DNA of 64,000 bases from assembly GCA_963743355.1 (NCBI GenBank), contig CAVUPM010000001.1, positions 849,736-913,735 on the forward strand, given 5' to 3'. The position numbers and the translations under genes were made by a program. A model generated the notes under the pieces. That model worked only from the letters and a program-made list of their open reading frames with translations. It had not been told where the DNA came from and did no database searches. This DNA comes from an uncultured Candidatus Rokubacteria bacterium. GTDB lineage: Bacteria; Methylomirabilota; Methylomirabilia; Rokubacteriales; CSP1-6. Of this stretch, positions 25,760 through 35,252 are shown in pieces. Numbering within the stretch: position 1 is the stretch's first letter; each line of letters begins with the position of its first letter.

Positions 25760-26197
25760 TCAAGGCCGGCGCCGGCCAAGGCGCGGCCGGCTGTCCTTGA
25801 TCGGAATGTAATCCCTGCCGATCCGCTGGGCCTCGCCAATCGCCTCCTGGCTCTTCCCACGCAGGCGTTCCGACTCCTGTTGCGCTCCCCGTGTCTGGTC
25901 GGGGGATTTGGGATCGTGAGGCCCGGTACCGTTCGGCGTGGTGCCGTTAGACGCCGTCTCCCGCGCCGGCGCGCGGGCCTCGCGCGCCTGAACCCGCTTC
26001 AAGGTGCATTCGGCGAGATGTTTGAGCACGGCGGTAGTTAGATCGGCTCGGCACTTCGGGCAAAAGTCGCGCTTGCCCATAATGATATCCGCACCGATTT
26101 GTTCGAAGGCCAGAACCTCGGAGCATTGAGGGCACACCGCAACCGGATGATCGGTGCAGTGCATCACGAGCAACGCTCGCTGGTCTGGCATCAGCAT
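25760..26197 (-). CDS. Hypothetical zinc-ribbon protein
   Basis: C..H....CPQC...CPKC...H...C; start codon uncertain. Confidence 0.55.
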   Translation of the reverse strand: MLMPDQRALLVMHCTDHPVAVCPQCSEVLAFEQIGADIIMGKRDFCPKCRADLTTAVLKHLAECTLKRVQAREARAPARETASNGTTPNGTGPHDPKSPDQTRGAQQESERLRGKSQEAIGEAQRIGRDYIPIKDSRPRLGRRRP

Positions 26198-26396
26198 GAA
26201 ATGGGTGGATCTACTCCCTAAACAATAAAACGTCAAATCGGTCCGTCCGGATTTGGTGACCGGGAGATGCCGATGCACCAGGTGGGGTAAGGCGCCGGGC
26301 ACGCGGCGCAACGCGACAATTCCCTGTCAGGGCGCAGGATTCTCACGCCAATCCGGCAGCTATGACTGGCTCCTTGATAGCATAGTCGCTACACCA

Positions 26397-27431
26397 ATGC
26401 TTCGTCTCAGCGCCCTCGACCAGTCGCCCGTCCGCAGCACCGCCACGCCCGCCGACGCGATCCGCGAGACCCTGGAGCTGGCCCGGGCCACCGATCGCCT
26501 GGGCTATCACCGCTACTGGCTGGCGGAGCATCACTCCACGCCGGCGCTGGCCGGGCCGAGCCCCGAGGTCCTCATCCCCCAGATCGCCGCCACCACCTCC
26601 GGCATCCGCGTGGGCTCGGGCGGGGTGATGCTCCAGCACTACAGCGCCCTCAAGGTGGCGGAGCAGTTTCGCGTGCTGGAAACCTTGCACCCGGGGCGCA
26701 TCGATCTCGGCATCGGCCGGGCCCCCGGCAGCGACCAGCTCACCGCCCGCGCACTGGCCGGGCCGGCCGGCGTCGGTGTCGACGATTTCGTCGGCAAGGT
26801 GGCCGACGTGCTCGGCTTCCTGCACGGCGACCTGCCGGCCGAGCACCCCTTCGGCAGCGTGCTCGCCATGCCCACCGGGCCGACGGCGCCCGAGGTCTGG
26901 CTGCTGGGCTCCAGCGACCAGTCGGCGATGCTCGCGGCCCACTTCGGCGTCGGCTTCTCGTTCGCCCACTTCATCAACGCCGACGGCGGCGCCGAGGTGA
27001 TGCGCGCCTACACGCGCGCGTTCAAGCCGTCGGCGGCGATGGCCGAGCCGCGCGGCAGCGTGGCCGTGTTCGTGGTGTGCGCGCCGACCGAGGAGGAGGC
27101 GGTGCGGCTGGCCCAGAGCCGCGATCTCTTCATCGTGCGGCTCTACACGGGCCGCAGCAGCCGCTATCCCAGCGTGGCCGAGGCGGAGGCGTACACGTAC
27201 AACCCGCGCGAGTGGATGATCGTCGAGCACGCCCGCCGCCGTCGCGTCGTCGGCACCCCGGCCCAGTGCCGCGAGCGGCTGGAGGCCCTGGCCGCGGAGT
27301 ACGGCGTGGACGAGGCGGTCGTCGTGACGATCACCGAGACGTGGGAGACGCGCCTCAGATCGTACGATCTGCTGGCGGAGGCGTTCGAGCTCACACCCCG
27401 GGGAAGCAGCGATCGTCTAGATCGCGGATGA
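26397..27431 (+). CDS. LLM-class flavin-dependent oxidoreductase
   Basis: LSALDQSP, RYWLAEHH, GSGGVML, RIDLGIGRAPG, WLLGSS. Confidence 0.92.
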   Translation: MLRLSALDQSPVRSTATPADAIRETLELARATDRLGYHRYWLAEHHSTPALAGPSPEVLIPQIAATTSGIRVGSGGVMLQHYSALKVAEQFRVLETLHPGRIDLGIGRAPGSDQLTARALAGPAGVGVDDFVGKVADVLGFLHGDLPAEHPFGSVLAMPTGPTAPEVWLLGSSDQSAMLAAHFGVGFSFAHFINADGGAEVMRAYTRAFKPSAAMAEPRGSVAVFVVCAPTEEEAVRLAQSRDLFIVRLYTGRSSRYPSVAEAEAYTYNPREWMIVEHARRRRVVGTPAQCRERLEALAAEYGVDEAVVVTITETWETRLRSYDLLAEAFELTPRGSSDRLDRG

Positions 27432-27614
27432 TCTTTTGCACCGCCTCGTTGTTCTTGCGCAGCTGCTCAGCGATGCGCCGAAGCTCGGCGCACAACTCGT
27501 CCCGGGCGGCGTCGATGCCCTGACAAAATCCTGGAGAGCATCCGGTGTGGACATTGTCAGGGGTGATCTCCTATTGTGACAGGGCCTACTATCCCCCAGA
27601 ACGAGGTGCCATCC

Positions 27615-27956
27615 ATGAGCGTGAAGCGTCTGAACGCGGGACCCCGCATGAGCGGGGCGGTTGTGAACGGCAACACCGTCTACCTCGCCGGCCAGGTCGC
27701 CGAGGGCGCCAACGTCAAGGCCCAGACCGAGGCGATCCTCAAGAAGATCGACGACCTGCTGGGCGCGGCCGGCAGCGGCAAGGCCAATCTGCTGTCGACC
27801 GTGATCTACCTGTCCGACATCCGCACCTTCGACGAGATGAACGCGGTGTGGGACGCGTGGGTGTCGCCGGGCAACACGCCGGCCCGGGCCACGGTGGAGG
27901 CGCGGCTGGCGAACCCGAAGTACCTGGTGGAGATCATGGTCACCGCGGCGGTGTAG
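27615..27956 (+). CDS. RidA/YoaB family protein
   Basis: RMS.AV..G..VYLAGQV, MNAVWDAW, PARATVEA, VEI. Confidence 0.92.
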   Translation: MSVKRLNAGPRMSGAVVNGNTVYLAGQVAEGANVKAQTEAILKKIDDLLGAAGSGKANLLSTVIYLSDIRTFDEMNAVWDAWVSPGNTPARATVEARLANPKYLVEIMVTAAV

Positions 27957-27980
27957 AGTCGAATCGAGGGAGAGTCATCC

Positions 27981-29169
27981 ATGGCTGACGCCGTCATCGT
28001 CTCCACCGCCCGCACCCCGATCGGCCGGGCCTACCGCGGCGCCTTCAACAACACGCACGGCGCCGTGCTGGGCGGCCACGTGATCCAGCACGCCGTGCAG
28101 CGCGCCGGCCTCGAGCCGGGCGAGGTCGAGGACGTCATCCTCGGCTGCGCGCTGCCCGAGGGCGCCACCGGGCAACAACATCGCGCGGCAGTCGGCGCTC
28201 CGCGCCGGCCTGCCGGTCACCACCGCCGGCGTCACCGTCAACCGGTTCTGCTCGTCGGGCATGCAGGCCATCGCCATGGCCGCCCAGCGCGTGATCGTCG
28301 ACCGGGTGCCGGTCATGGTGGCCGGCGGCCTGGAGTCGATCAGCCTGGTGCAGACCGAGCACATGAACCTGCACCGGTTCCGCGAGACGTGGCTGGAAGA
28401 GCACAAGCCCGAGATCTACATGTCGATGATCGAGACGGCCGAGGTCGTGGCCAAGCGCTACTACATCACCCGCGAGACGCAGGACGAGTACGCGCTGGCC
28501 AGCCAGCAGCGCACCGCGGCGGGCCAGCGCGAGGGGCGCTTCGACCGCGGAGATCGTCCCGCTGCCGACCACGAAAGCTCGTCCAGGACAAGGCCAGCGG
28601 CGAAACGCGCGAGGAGGCGGTGACGCTCACGAAGGACGAGGGCAACCGGGCCGACACCACCGCCGCGGGGCTGGCCGCGCTCAAGCCGGTGGCCGGGCGA
28701 GAAGGGCGTCATCACCGCGGGCAACGCCAGCCAGCTCTCCGACGGCGCCTCCGCCTGCGTGGTCATGGACGCCAAGCTCGCCGAGCGCCGCGGGCTGTCG
28801 CCGCTCGGCATCTTCCGCGGCTACGCGGTGGCGGCGTGCGAGCCCGACGAGATGGGCATCGGCCCGGTCTTCGCGGTGCCGCGGCTGCTCGAGCGCACCG
28901 GCCTGCGCATGGACCAGATCGATCTGTGGGAGCTGAACGAGGCCTTCGCCGTCCAGGTCGTCTACTGCCGCGACAGGCTGGGAATCCCCATGGAGCGGCT
29001 GAATGTCGACGGCGGCGCAATCTCCATCGGGCATCCCTACGGGATGAGCGGCGCCCGCATGGTCGGCCACGCCCTCATCGAGGGCAAGCGCCGCGGCGCC
29101 CGCTACGTCGTCTGCACCATGTGCATCGGCGGCGGCATGGGCGCCGCCGGCCTCTTCGAGGTGGCGTAA
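27981..29169 (+). pseudogene. Thiolase interrupted by four +1 frameshifts (pseudogene or sequencing error)
   Basis: Thiolase motifs distributed over frames; single-base insertions near 28171, 28547, 28574 and 28696. Confidence 0.8.
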
Positions 29170-29248
29170 GGCTTCATCCGTCCCGGCCGGCCATCCCTTC
29201 CGTTTCGCCCTGGACCCCGACCAGCGTAGAGTCTCGCGGGGAGGATCG

Positions 29249-30682
29249 ATGCCCGACCAGGTGCTGACCCATGCGGACCCCCAGGCCGGCCCGGGCCGGA
29301 TCGCGGTCGAGATCGGCCGGGCGATGGTACGCAACGACGACCTGATCGACCGGGCGCTCATCCGCGGGTGGCTGTCGTGGGGCTTCTTCTGGCTGATGTT
29401 CGCGCCGACGGTCGGCGTCCTCGTCTCCACCAAGTTCAACTATCCCGACTTCCTCGGCACGCAGGCGTGGTCGACCTTCGGTCGCCTGCGCCCCGTGCAC
29501 GTCAACGGCGTGATCTGGGGCGCGTTCTCCACCCTGTTCATCGGCCTCGCCTACTACGTCACGCCCCGCCTGGCCGGCGTGCGCGTGTGGAACGAGCGGT
29601 GGGCGTATCCGCTGCTGTGGGTGTGGAACCTCAACCTGGTCGCCGCCTTCATCGGCATCACCGTCTTCGGCACCAACCGGGGCTGGGAGGCCGGTGAGCT
29701 CGCGCTGCCCAACGTGCTCGTGCTGACCGTCGCGGTGCTGATGATCTCGCTGCAGCTGCTGATGACCATCGCCCGCCGGGTGCAGCGCGACCTCTACGTC
29801 AGCCTCTGGTACCTGATCGGCGCGCTCGTGTGGACCGACATCAACCTCCTGTTGCTGATCATCGGGCCGTACTGGACGGTGCCGGGGATCAACAACGCCG
29901 CCCTCCACGGCCTGTTCATTCACTATGTCGTCGGGCTGTGGATCACTCCAGCTGGTTATGTCTTGATCTACTACTTTCTCCCGGCGTCGGTCCGGGCGCC
30001 GATCTACAGCCACAAGCTCTCGCTGATCGGCTTCTGGTCGCTGGCTTTCTTCTACCCGTTCGTCGGCATCCACCACTACCTCTACAGCCCCATCGCCGAC
30101 TGGGCCGAGACGATCGCGATCGTGTCATCGATGATGCTCATCATCCCGGTGTGGACCGTGCTCCAGAATTTCTTCGGCACGATGAGGGGGCACTGGGACG
30201 GCTTCTCGCGGAACCTGACGGCCAAGTTCCTGATCATGGGCTCGCTCATGTACCTCGTCGGCTGCTTCCAGGGCTCGGTGGAGGCCCTCCGCTCACTGCA
30301 GGAGCCCACCCACTTCACCGATTTCGTGATCGCGCACTCACACCTCACCGTGTTCGGGACGTTCGTGGTCTGGGCCATCGCCGGCTCCATCCACGTGTGG
30401 CCGCGGATCGTCGGCCGCGAGCTGTGGAGCTTCCGGCTCGGCAACTGGAGCTTCTGGCTCATCACGCTGGGGATCTCCACCATGGGTCTCGTGCTGTCGG
30501 CGCAGGGGCTCCAGCAGGGCTACATGCTGATGGCCCGCGCGGAGTGGGTGGACACGGTGGTCGCGATGAAGCCGTTCTGGTTCGTCCGCACGCTGTCCGG
30601 GCTCTCGATGGACATCGGCATCTCGCTGCTGGTCTACAACTTCATGCAGACCGCGCTGGCCCCGGCCCCGGTGACGCGATGA
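29249..30682 (+). CDS. ccoN: cbb3-type heme-copper oxidase subunit I
   Basis: FGRLRPVHVN, IHYVVG, FYPFVGIHHY, HFTD..IAHSH; ~12 TM. Confidence 0.88.
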   Translation: MPDQVLTHADPQAGPGRIAVEIGRAMVRNDDLIDRALIRGWLSWGFFWLMFAPTVGVLVSTKFNYPDFLGTQAWSTFGRLRPVHVNGVIWGAFSTLFIGLAYYVTPRLAGVRVWNERWAYPLLWVWNLNLVAAFIGITVFGTNRGWEAGELALPNVLVLTVAVLMISLQLLMTIARRVQRDLYVSLWYLIGALVWTDINLLLLIIGPYWTVPGINNAALHGLFIHYVVGLWITPAGYVLIYYFLPASVRAPIYSHKLSLIGFWSLAFFYPFVGIHHYLYSPIADWAETIAIVSSMMLIIPVWTVLQNFFGTMRGHWDGFSRNLTAKFLIMGSLMYLVGCFQGSVEALRSLQEPTHFTDFVIAHSHLTVFGTFVVWAIAGSIHVWPRIVGRELWSFRLGNWSFWLITLGISTMGLVLSAQGLQQGYMLMARAEWVDTVVAMKPFWFVRTLSGLSMDIGISLLVYNFMQTALAPAPVTR

Positions 30683-32268
30683 AGACCTACGCGCTCGGCG
30701 CCGGCTTCCTGTGCATCTCGCTGGCGATCTTCGTCCAGGGCCTGCTGCCCATCGCGATCCCGGAATCGCGCGAGACCCGCACGACGCGGGCGGTTCGCAC
30801 CGAGCTCGGCGAGATCAAGTGGGTCTGGCACGAGGCGACGCCCTACACGCCGCTGGAGCAGCTGGGGCGCAACGTGTACCAGCGCGAGGGGTGCTGGTAC
30901 TGCCACAGCCAGTTCGTGCGTCCCGTGGCCGGCGAGGACCAGCGCTGGGGCCCCGTGGCCGAGGTCGGCGAGTACGCCTACGACTGGCCGCACCTGCTCT
31001 CCACGCGCCGCATCGGGCCCGACCTCTCGCGGGTGGGGCTCAAGTTCTCCGACCACTGGCACTTCGCCCACCACTGGGAGCCGCGCATGCTGGTACCGGA
31101 CTCGGTGATGCCGAATTTCCAGTGGCTCTACCGCACCGTCCCGGTGCCCGTCGTCGAGCGTGAGGGCGTCCCCGCGCTGGGCGACAGCCCGGCGCTGAAG
31201 GCGCTCTTCAGCTTCAAGCCGGAGCCGCGGATCCCGCTCTATCCGAGCCCGGAGGGCCTGGCGTTCGTCGCCGTCACCGACGGGACGCCGATGCTCGAGG
31301 TCGAGAACTTGCCGGAGCCGTTCGACAAGCCCGCGACCTGGAAGGGCAAGACGCTCACCGTGGTGGTGCCGTCGGAGGAGCTGCGCGGGCTGGTCGCCTA
31401 CACCCAGAAGCTGGGCACCAACCGGGGGGCGTGGCGCGAGGCGTTCGAGCCCCAGGCGGTCTCGGTCAGCGTCATGACGCTGCCCAACACGCCCGAGCAG
31501 GCGGCGCGCGGGAAGCTCGTCTACGAGCGGCGGTGCGTCGGCTGCCATGGCGACAAGGGCGACGGCAACGGGCCGGCCGCCACCTTCCTCGATCCGCGCC
31601 CGCGGAATTTCACGCTCGGCTCCTTCAAGTTCCGGACGACGCCGTCGGGCTCGCTGCCGACCGACGGCGATCTCTATCGCACGCTGACGCGCGGCGTCCG
31701 CTGGACGGCGATGCCCACATGGCACGAGCTGCCGGAGAAGGACCGGATCGCGGTGATCGCCTACATCAAGACCTTCTCGACCCGCTGGAAGGACGAGAGG
31801 CCGGAGCCGCCGATCGTGATCGGCGATCCCCCCCGGCCGACGCCGGAGCTGCTGGCCCGAGGCAAGGAGCTCTACACGCAGGCGAAGTGCTTCCAGTGTC
31901 ACGGCGACGGTGGCAAAGGCGACGGCCCCTCGGCGCACGAGCTTCGCGACGATCTGAAGTTCCCCATCCGGCCCGCCGACTTCACGAAGGGCCAGTTCAA
32001 GGGCGGCGGCGAGGTCGCCGACATCTACCGCGCGATGACGACCGGCCTCGACGGCACGCCGATGCCGTCGTTCGCCGACTCCATGAAGGACGACGAGCGC
32101 TGGGCCATCAGCTACCACGTGCTCTCGCTCTCGGCGTTCAACGACCCGCTGACCGGCCAGAAGCTGAAGCTCGATCCGGCCGCGCGGGCCGCGCTGAACT
32201 CGACCGGCGCCGAGTCGCCCCGGGCGCTCGTCCGCTTCTACAAGGGCATCCTCGGGGAAGGACGCTAG
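30679..32268 (+). CDS. ccoO: CcoO-like subunit fused to two extra cytochrome c domains (3 CxxCH)
   Basis: YQREGCWYCHSQFVRP..RRIGPDL..SVMP, then CVGCH and CFQCH; ATGA-coupled to ccoN. Confidence 0.85.
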   Translation: MKTYALGAGFLCISLAIFVQGLLPIAIPESRETRTTRAVRTELGEIKWVWHEATPYTPLEQLGRNVYQREGCWYCHSQFVRPVAGEDQRWGPVAEVGEYAYDWPHLLSTRRIGPDLSRVGLKFSDHWHFAHHWEPRMLVPDSVMPNFQWLYRTVPVPVVEREGVPALGDSPALKALFSFKPEPRIPLYPSPEGLAFVAVTDGTPMLEVENLPEPFDKPATWKGKTLTVVVPSEELRGLVAYTQKLGTNRGAWREAFEPQAVSVSVMTLPNTPEQAARGKLVYERRCVGCHGDKGDGNGPAATFLDPRPRNFTLGSFKFRTTPSGSLPTDGDLYRTLTRGVRWTAMPTWHELPEKDRIAVIAYIKTFSTRWKDERPEPPIVIGDPPRPTPELLARGKELYTQAKCFQCHGDGGKGDGPSAHELRDDLKFPIRPADFTKGQFKGGGEVADIYRAMTTGLDGTPMPSFADSMKDDERWAISYHVLSLSAFNDPLTGQKLKLDPAARAALNSTGAESPRALVRFYKGILGEGR

Positions 32269-32270
32269 CC

Positions 32271-32438
32271 ATGCAGGAGCTGCAATACCTGATCCTCGGA
32301 CAGTTCATCGTCGCGACGCTGATGGGGCTGGCCGCCCTCTGCCTGTTCCTGTGGGCGGCCGCGGCCGGCCTCTTCCGCGACGTCGAGCCCGTGAAGTACC
32401 AGGTGCTCGACTGCGAGGGCATCGACCATGGCCGATGA
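32271..32438 (+). CDS. CcoS-like cbb3 maturation peptide (55 aa)
   Basis: TM segment followed by FLWAAAAGLFRD. Confidence 0.65.
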   Translation: MQELQYLILGQFIVATLMGLAALCLFLWAAAAGLFRDVEPVKYQVLDCEGIDHGR

Positions 32439-32595
32439 GCACGACGAGGTCGAGGAGTTCGCCGGCGGCGAGATCCGCAGCTACCACGGCCGCGTGAACG
32501 CCTGGTTACTGGCCGTCTACGCGGTGCTCGCGGTGTGGGGCGTGTACTACCTCTTCAAGTTCTGGGGCGGGCTGGGCCCGGGGCTGGCGCGATGA
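32428..32595 (+). CDS. Small membrane protein resembling a stand-alone CcoP N-terminal helix (55 aa)
   Basis: MADEHDEVEEFAGGEIRSYHGRVNAWLLAVYAVLAVWGVYYLFKFWGG..; overlaps the previous gene. Confidence 0.6.
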   Translation: MADEHDEVEEFAGGEIRSYHGRVNAWLLAVYAVLAVWGVYYLFKFWGGLGPGLAR

Positions 32596-32699
32596 CGGGC
32601 ATCCGGCTGCTCCGGGCGCTGGCGCTCGCCAACCTCCTCATCCTGCTCGGCGACATCCTCTACAACGTCTTCGGCAGCCTGCTGCCGATGATCCGGTGA
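32592..32699 (+). CDS. 35-aa hydrophobic micro-protein
   Basis: MTGIRLLRALALANLLILLGDILYNVFGSLLPMIR; ATGA coupling; GC3-rich codons. Confidence 0.5.
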   Translation: MTGIRLLRALALANLLILLGDILYNVFGSLLPMIR

Positions 32700-32791
32700 T
32701 GAGCGGGATCGAGCGGCTGGCGTTCGCGATCTTCCTGGTGGGGACGGTGGCGTTCTTCGTCTGGGTGGCGCTCCTCTCCTTCCGCAAGTAG
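32699..32791 (+). CDS. 30-aa single-TM micro-protein (CcoQ-like)
   Basis: MSGIERLAFAIFLVGTVAFFVWVALLSFRK; TGATG coupling. Confidence 0.5.
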   Translation: MSGIERLAFAIFLVGTVAFFVWVALLSFRK

Positions 32792-32800
32792 GAGCGCGGC

Positions 32801-33105
32801 CTAGCGCGGAGTATTCCTGAACGTGAGCGCGGCACGGGCGGGTGGCGCCGGGTGCGACCCCTCCCTCCGGCGCGCCTTCCGATGGCGAGCCGTCGCCGCC
32901 GCGCTCGCGCACGGCGCGGCGAAGCGCGCCGCCGACGATTCGATTGGCCTGGCGCCAGCCCCCGCGGGGCATGGGGGGCCGCGCGAGCCACGCCCGGAGC
33001 GAGCAGCGGCGGCAGGCGAGCCATCGTGGCGCGCCGGGGGGAGGGGTCGCACCCGGGGCCACCCGCCCGGCTCACGCGACGTCGTTCAGGAAGACTCCGC
33101 GCTAG
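32801..33105. mobile_element. MITE-like non-coding element, 305 bp, with nested inverted repeats
   Basis: Ends CTAGCGCGGAGTATTCCTGAAC / GTTCAGGAAGACTCCGCGCTAG (1 mismatch), plus an inner ~40-bp IR shared with 12447-12543. Confidence 0.7.
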
Positions 33106-34145
33106 GTCGCCCGGGCCTGCACGATCGTCCAGCCGGCGTCGGCGAGCGGCCGGGCCCGCTCGCCCCGCATCCGCGCGTCCGGGTCGTTGGCGGTGCCGGA
33201 CACGACGCGGCCCATGATGCCCTGGGCGATCGCGGCGAGCCGGAACATCGCGAAGACGATGTACCAGTCCCAGTCCTGGATCGGCGGGCGCCCGACCCGC
33301 CGGCAATAGTCGGCCACGAAATCCTTCTCGCTCGGGATGCCGAGGGCCTTCAAGTCCTTGCCGCGGAACCCGTCCCACTCCGACCCCAGCCGGTACGGCA
33401 TGCAGAAGTAGGCGAGGTCGCCGAGCGGGTGGCCGAGCGTGGACAGCTCCCAGTCGAGCACGGCGGCGACCCGGGGCTCGGCCGGGTGCATGACGAGATT
33501 GCCCGGCCGGTAGTCGCCGTGCACCAGCGTCGTCGTCTCGTCGGAGGGCAGGTGCGCGGGGAGCCACGCGATCAGGTGCTCCATCGACTCGAACCGCTCG
33601 GTCTCGGAGGCGCGGTACTGTTGCGTCCAGCGATGGATCTGGCGGCTGAAGTAGTTGCCCGGCCGGCCGAAGTCGCCGAGTCCGACCGCCTGGGCGTCGA
33701 CGGTGTGCAGGCGCGCCAGCACGACGTTCATCGAGTCGTACATCGCCGTCCGCTCGGCCGGGGTCACGTCCAGCAGCGCCGGATCGGAGAACACGCGCCC
33801 ATGCACGCAGTCCATCACGAAGAACGCGGTGCCGATGACGGCGTCGTCCTCGCACAGCACGAACGTGCGCGGCACCGGCACGTCGGTGCCTCCCAGCGCG
33901 GTGATCACGCGGTACTCGCGATCCACGGCATGCGCCGACGGCAACAGTTTACCGGGCGGCTTGCGACGCAGTACATACTCGCGGGCACCGGCCCGCAGAT
34001 GATAGGTTGGATTCGACTGACCGCCGCGGAACTGGCTCACCTCGAGTGGGCCGCTGAAGCCCGCCACGCGGTCGCGCAGGTAGCGCTCCAGCGCGGCCAC
34101 GTCGAACCGGTGCTGCTCGCGAACCTCGGCGGTCTGCGCGATCAT
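33102..34145 (-). CDS. APH-family phosphotransferase (ACAD10/11 N-terminal-like)
   Basis: GGQSNPTY, LRRKPPG, HAVDREY, HGDYR..N, LDWELSTLG. Confidence 0.92.
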   Translation of the reverse strand: MIAQTAEVREQHRFDVAALERYLRDRVAGFSGPLEVSQFRGGQSNPTYHLRAGAREYVLRRKPPGKLLPSAHAVDREYRVITALGGTDVPVPRTFVLCEDDAVIGTAFFVMDCVHGRVFSDPALLDVTPAERTAMYDSMNVVLARLHTVDAQAVGLGDFGRPGNYFSRQIHRWTQQYRASETERFESMEHLIAWLPAHLPSDETTTLVHGDYRPGNLVMHPAEPRVAAVLDWELSTLGHPLGDLAYFCMPYRLGSEWDGFRGKDLKALGIPSEKDFVADYCRRVGRPPIQDWDWYIVFAMFRLAAIAQGIMGRVVSGTANDPDARMRGERARPLADAGWTIVQARAT

Positions 34146-34205
34146 GCCGTCTCCCTCACGGTCAAAAACTCCCTGGCAGTCGTATTGCATATCACGGTTC
34201 TTTCG

Positions 34206-35252
34206 ATGCGTATCGCCCAGGTTGCTCCGCTCTTCGAATCAGTCCCGCCGCGATTCTACGGGGGGACAGAGCGGATCGTTTCCTACGTGACCGACGAGCT
34301 CGTGCGCCGCGGCCACGACGTGACCCTGTTCGCGAGCGGCGATTCCCGCACCACGGCCCGGTTGGTCCCGGTCGTCGAGCGTGCCACCCGCTTCGAGAGT
34401 GACACGCACGCGATCCTGGGCGCCGAGTTCATCCGCGAGCTGGGCATGGTTTTTTCGCGCGCGAGCGACTTCGACGTGATCCACTGCCACGTGGACTACC
34501 TCGCCTTTCCCTTCGACGGTCTGACGGCGACGCCGACCGTGCACACGATCCACGGGCGACTCGACCTGCCGCACCTGATTCCGGTCTACCGGCAGTTCAG
34601 CACGGTGCCGCTCGTGTCGATCAGCGACGCGCAGCGGGCCCCGCTCGAGCCGCTCGGCGTGCGATGGGCGGGGACGGTGTACCACGGTCTGCCGGTCGAG
34701 CGCTACGCCTTCGCGCCCGAGGACCGCGGCTATCTCGCGTTCCTGGGACGGATCGCGCCGGAGAAGCAGGCCGACCTCGCCATCGAGATCGCCCGGCGCG
34801 TCGGCCTGCCGCTCAAGATCGCGGCCAAGGTGGACGCGACCGACCGGGAGTACTTCAACCAGGTCGTGGCGCCGCTGCTCGACGATCCGCTCGTGGAGTT
34901 TCTGGGCGAGATCGGCGAGGACGACAAGCCCGCCTTCCTCGGCGGCGCCAGGGCGCTGCTGTTCCCGATCGACTGGCCGGAGCCGTTCGGGCTGGTGATG
35001 ATCGAGGCCATGGCGTGCGGCACGCCGGTCGTCGCGCGGCCCTGCGGCTCGGTGCCCGAGGTCGTCGTCCACGGCCGGACGGGCTTCCTCGCCTCCTCGC
35101 TGGTCGAGATGGCGGAGGCGGTCAATCGGATCGACGAAATCGATCGCGCCGAGTGCCGCCGCCACGTCGAGCAACGCTTCTCGGTCGCCCGCATGGCCGA
35201 GGACTACGAGAGGATCTACCGCCGGCTCGCCATCCGGCGCCGCGCCGCATGA
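34206..35252 (+). CDS. GT4 glycosyltransferase (AviGT4-like)
   Basis: MRIAQVAP..VPP..YGGTER, FPIDWPEPFGLVMIEAMACGTPV. Confidence 0.92.
   Translation: MRIAQVAPLFESVPPRFYGGTERIVSYVTDELVRRGHDVTLFASGDSRTTARLVPVVERATRFESDTHAILGAEFIRELGMVFSRASDFDVIHCHVDYLAFPFDGLTATPTVHTIHGRLDLPHLIPVYRQFSTVPLVSISDAQRAPLEPLGVRWAGTVYHGLPVERYAFAPEDRGYLAFLGRIAPEKQADLAIEIARRVGLPLKIAAKVDATDREYFNQVVAPLLDDPLVEFLGEIGEDDKPAFLGGARALLFPIDWPEPFGLVMIEAMACGTPVVARPCGSVPEVVVHGRTGFLASSLVEMAEAVNRIDEIDRAECRRHVEQRFSVARMAEDYERIYRRLAIRRRAA

Noticed and set aside
27390-27570. Short minus-strand coiled-coil-like frame (..DELCAELRRIAEQLRKNNEAVQKIIRDL..)
   Set aside because: No in-frame start found and it overlaps the LLM 3' end; at most a gene remnant
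27981-29169. Programmed frameshifting or phase variation in the thiolase
   Set aside because: Four separate lesions in very short runs, with no slippery heptamer or long homopolymer
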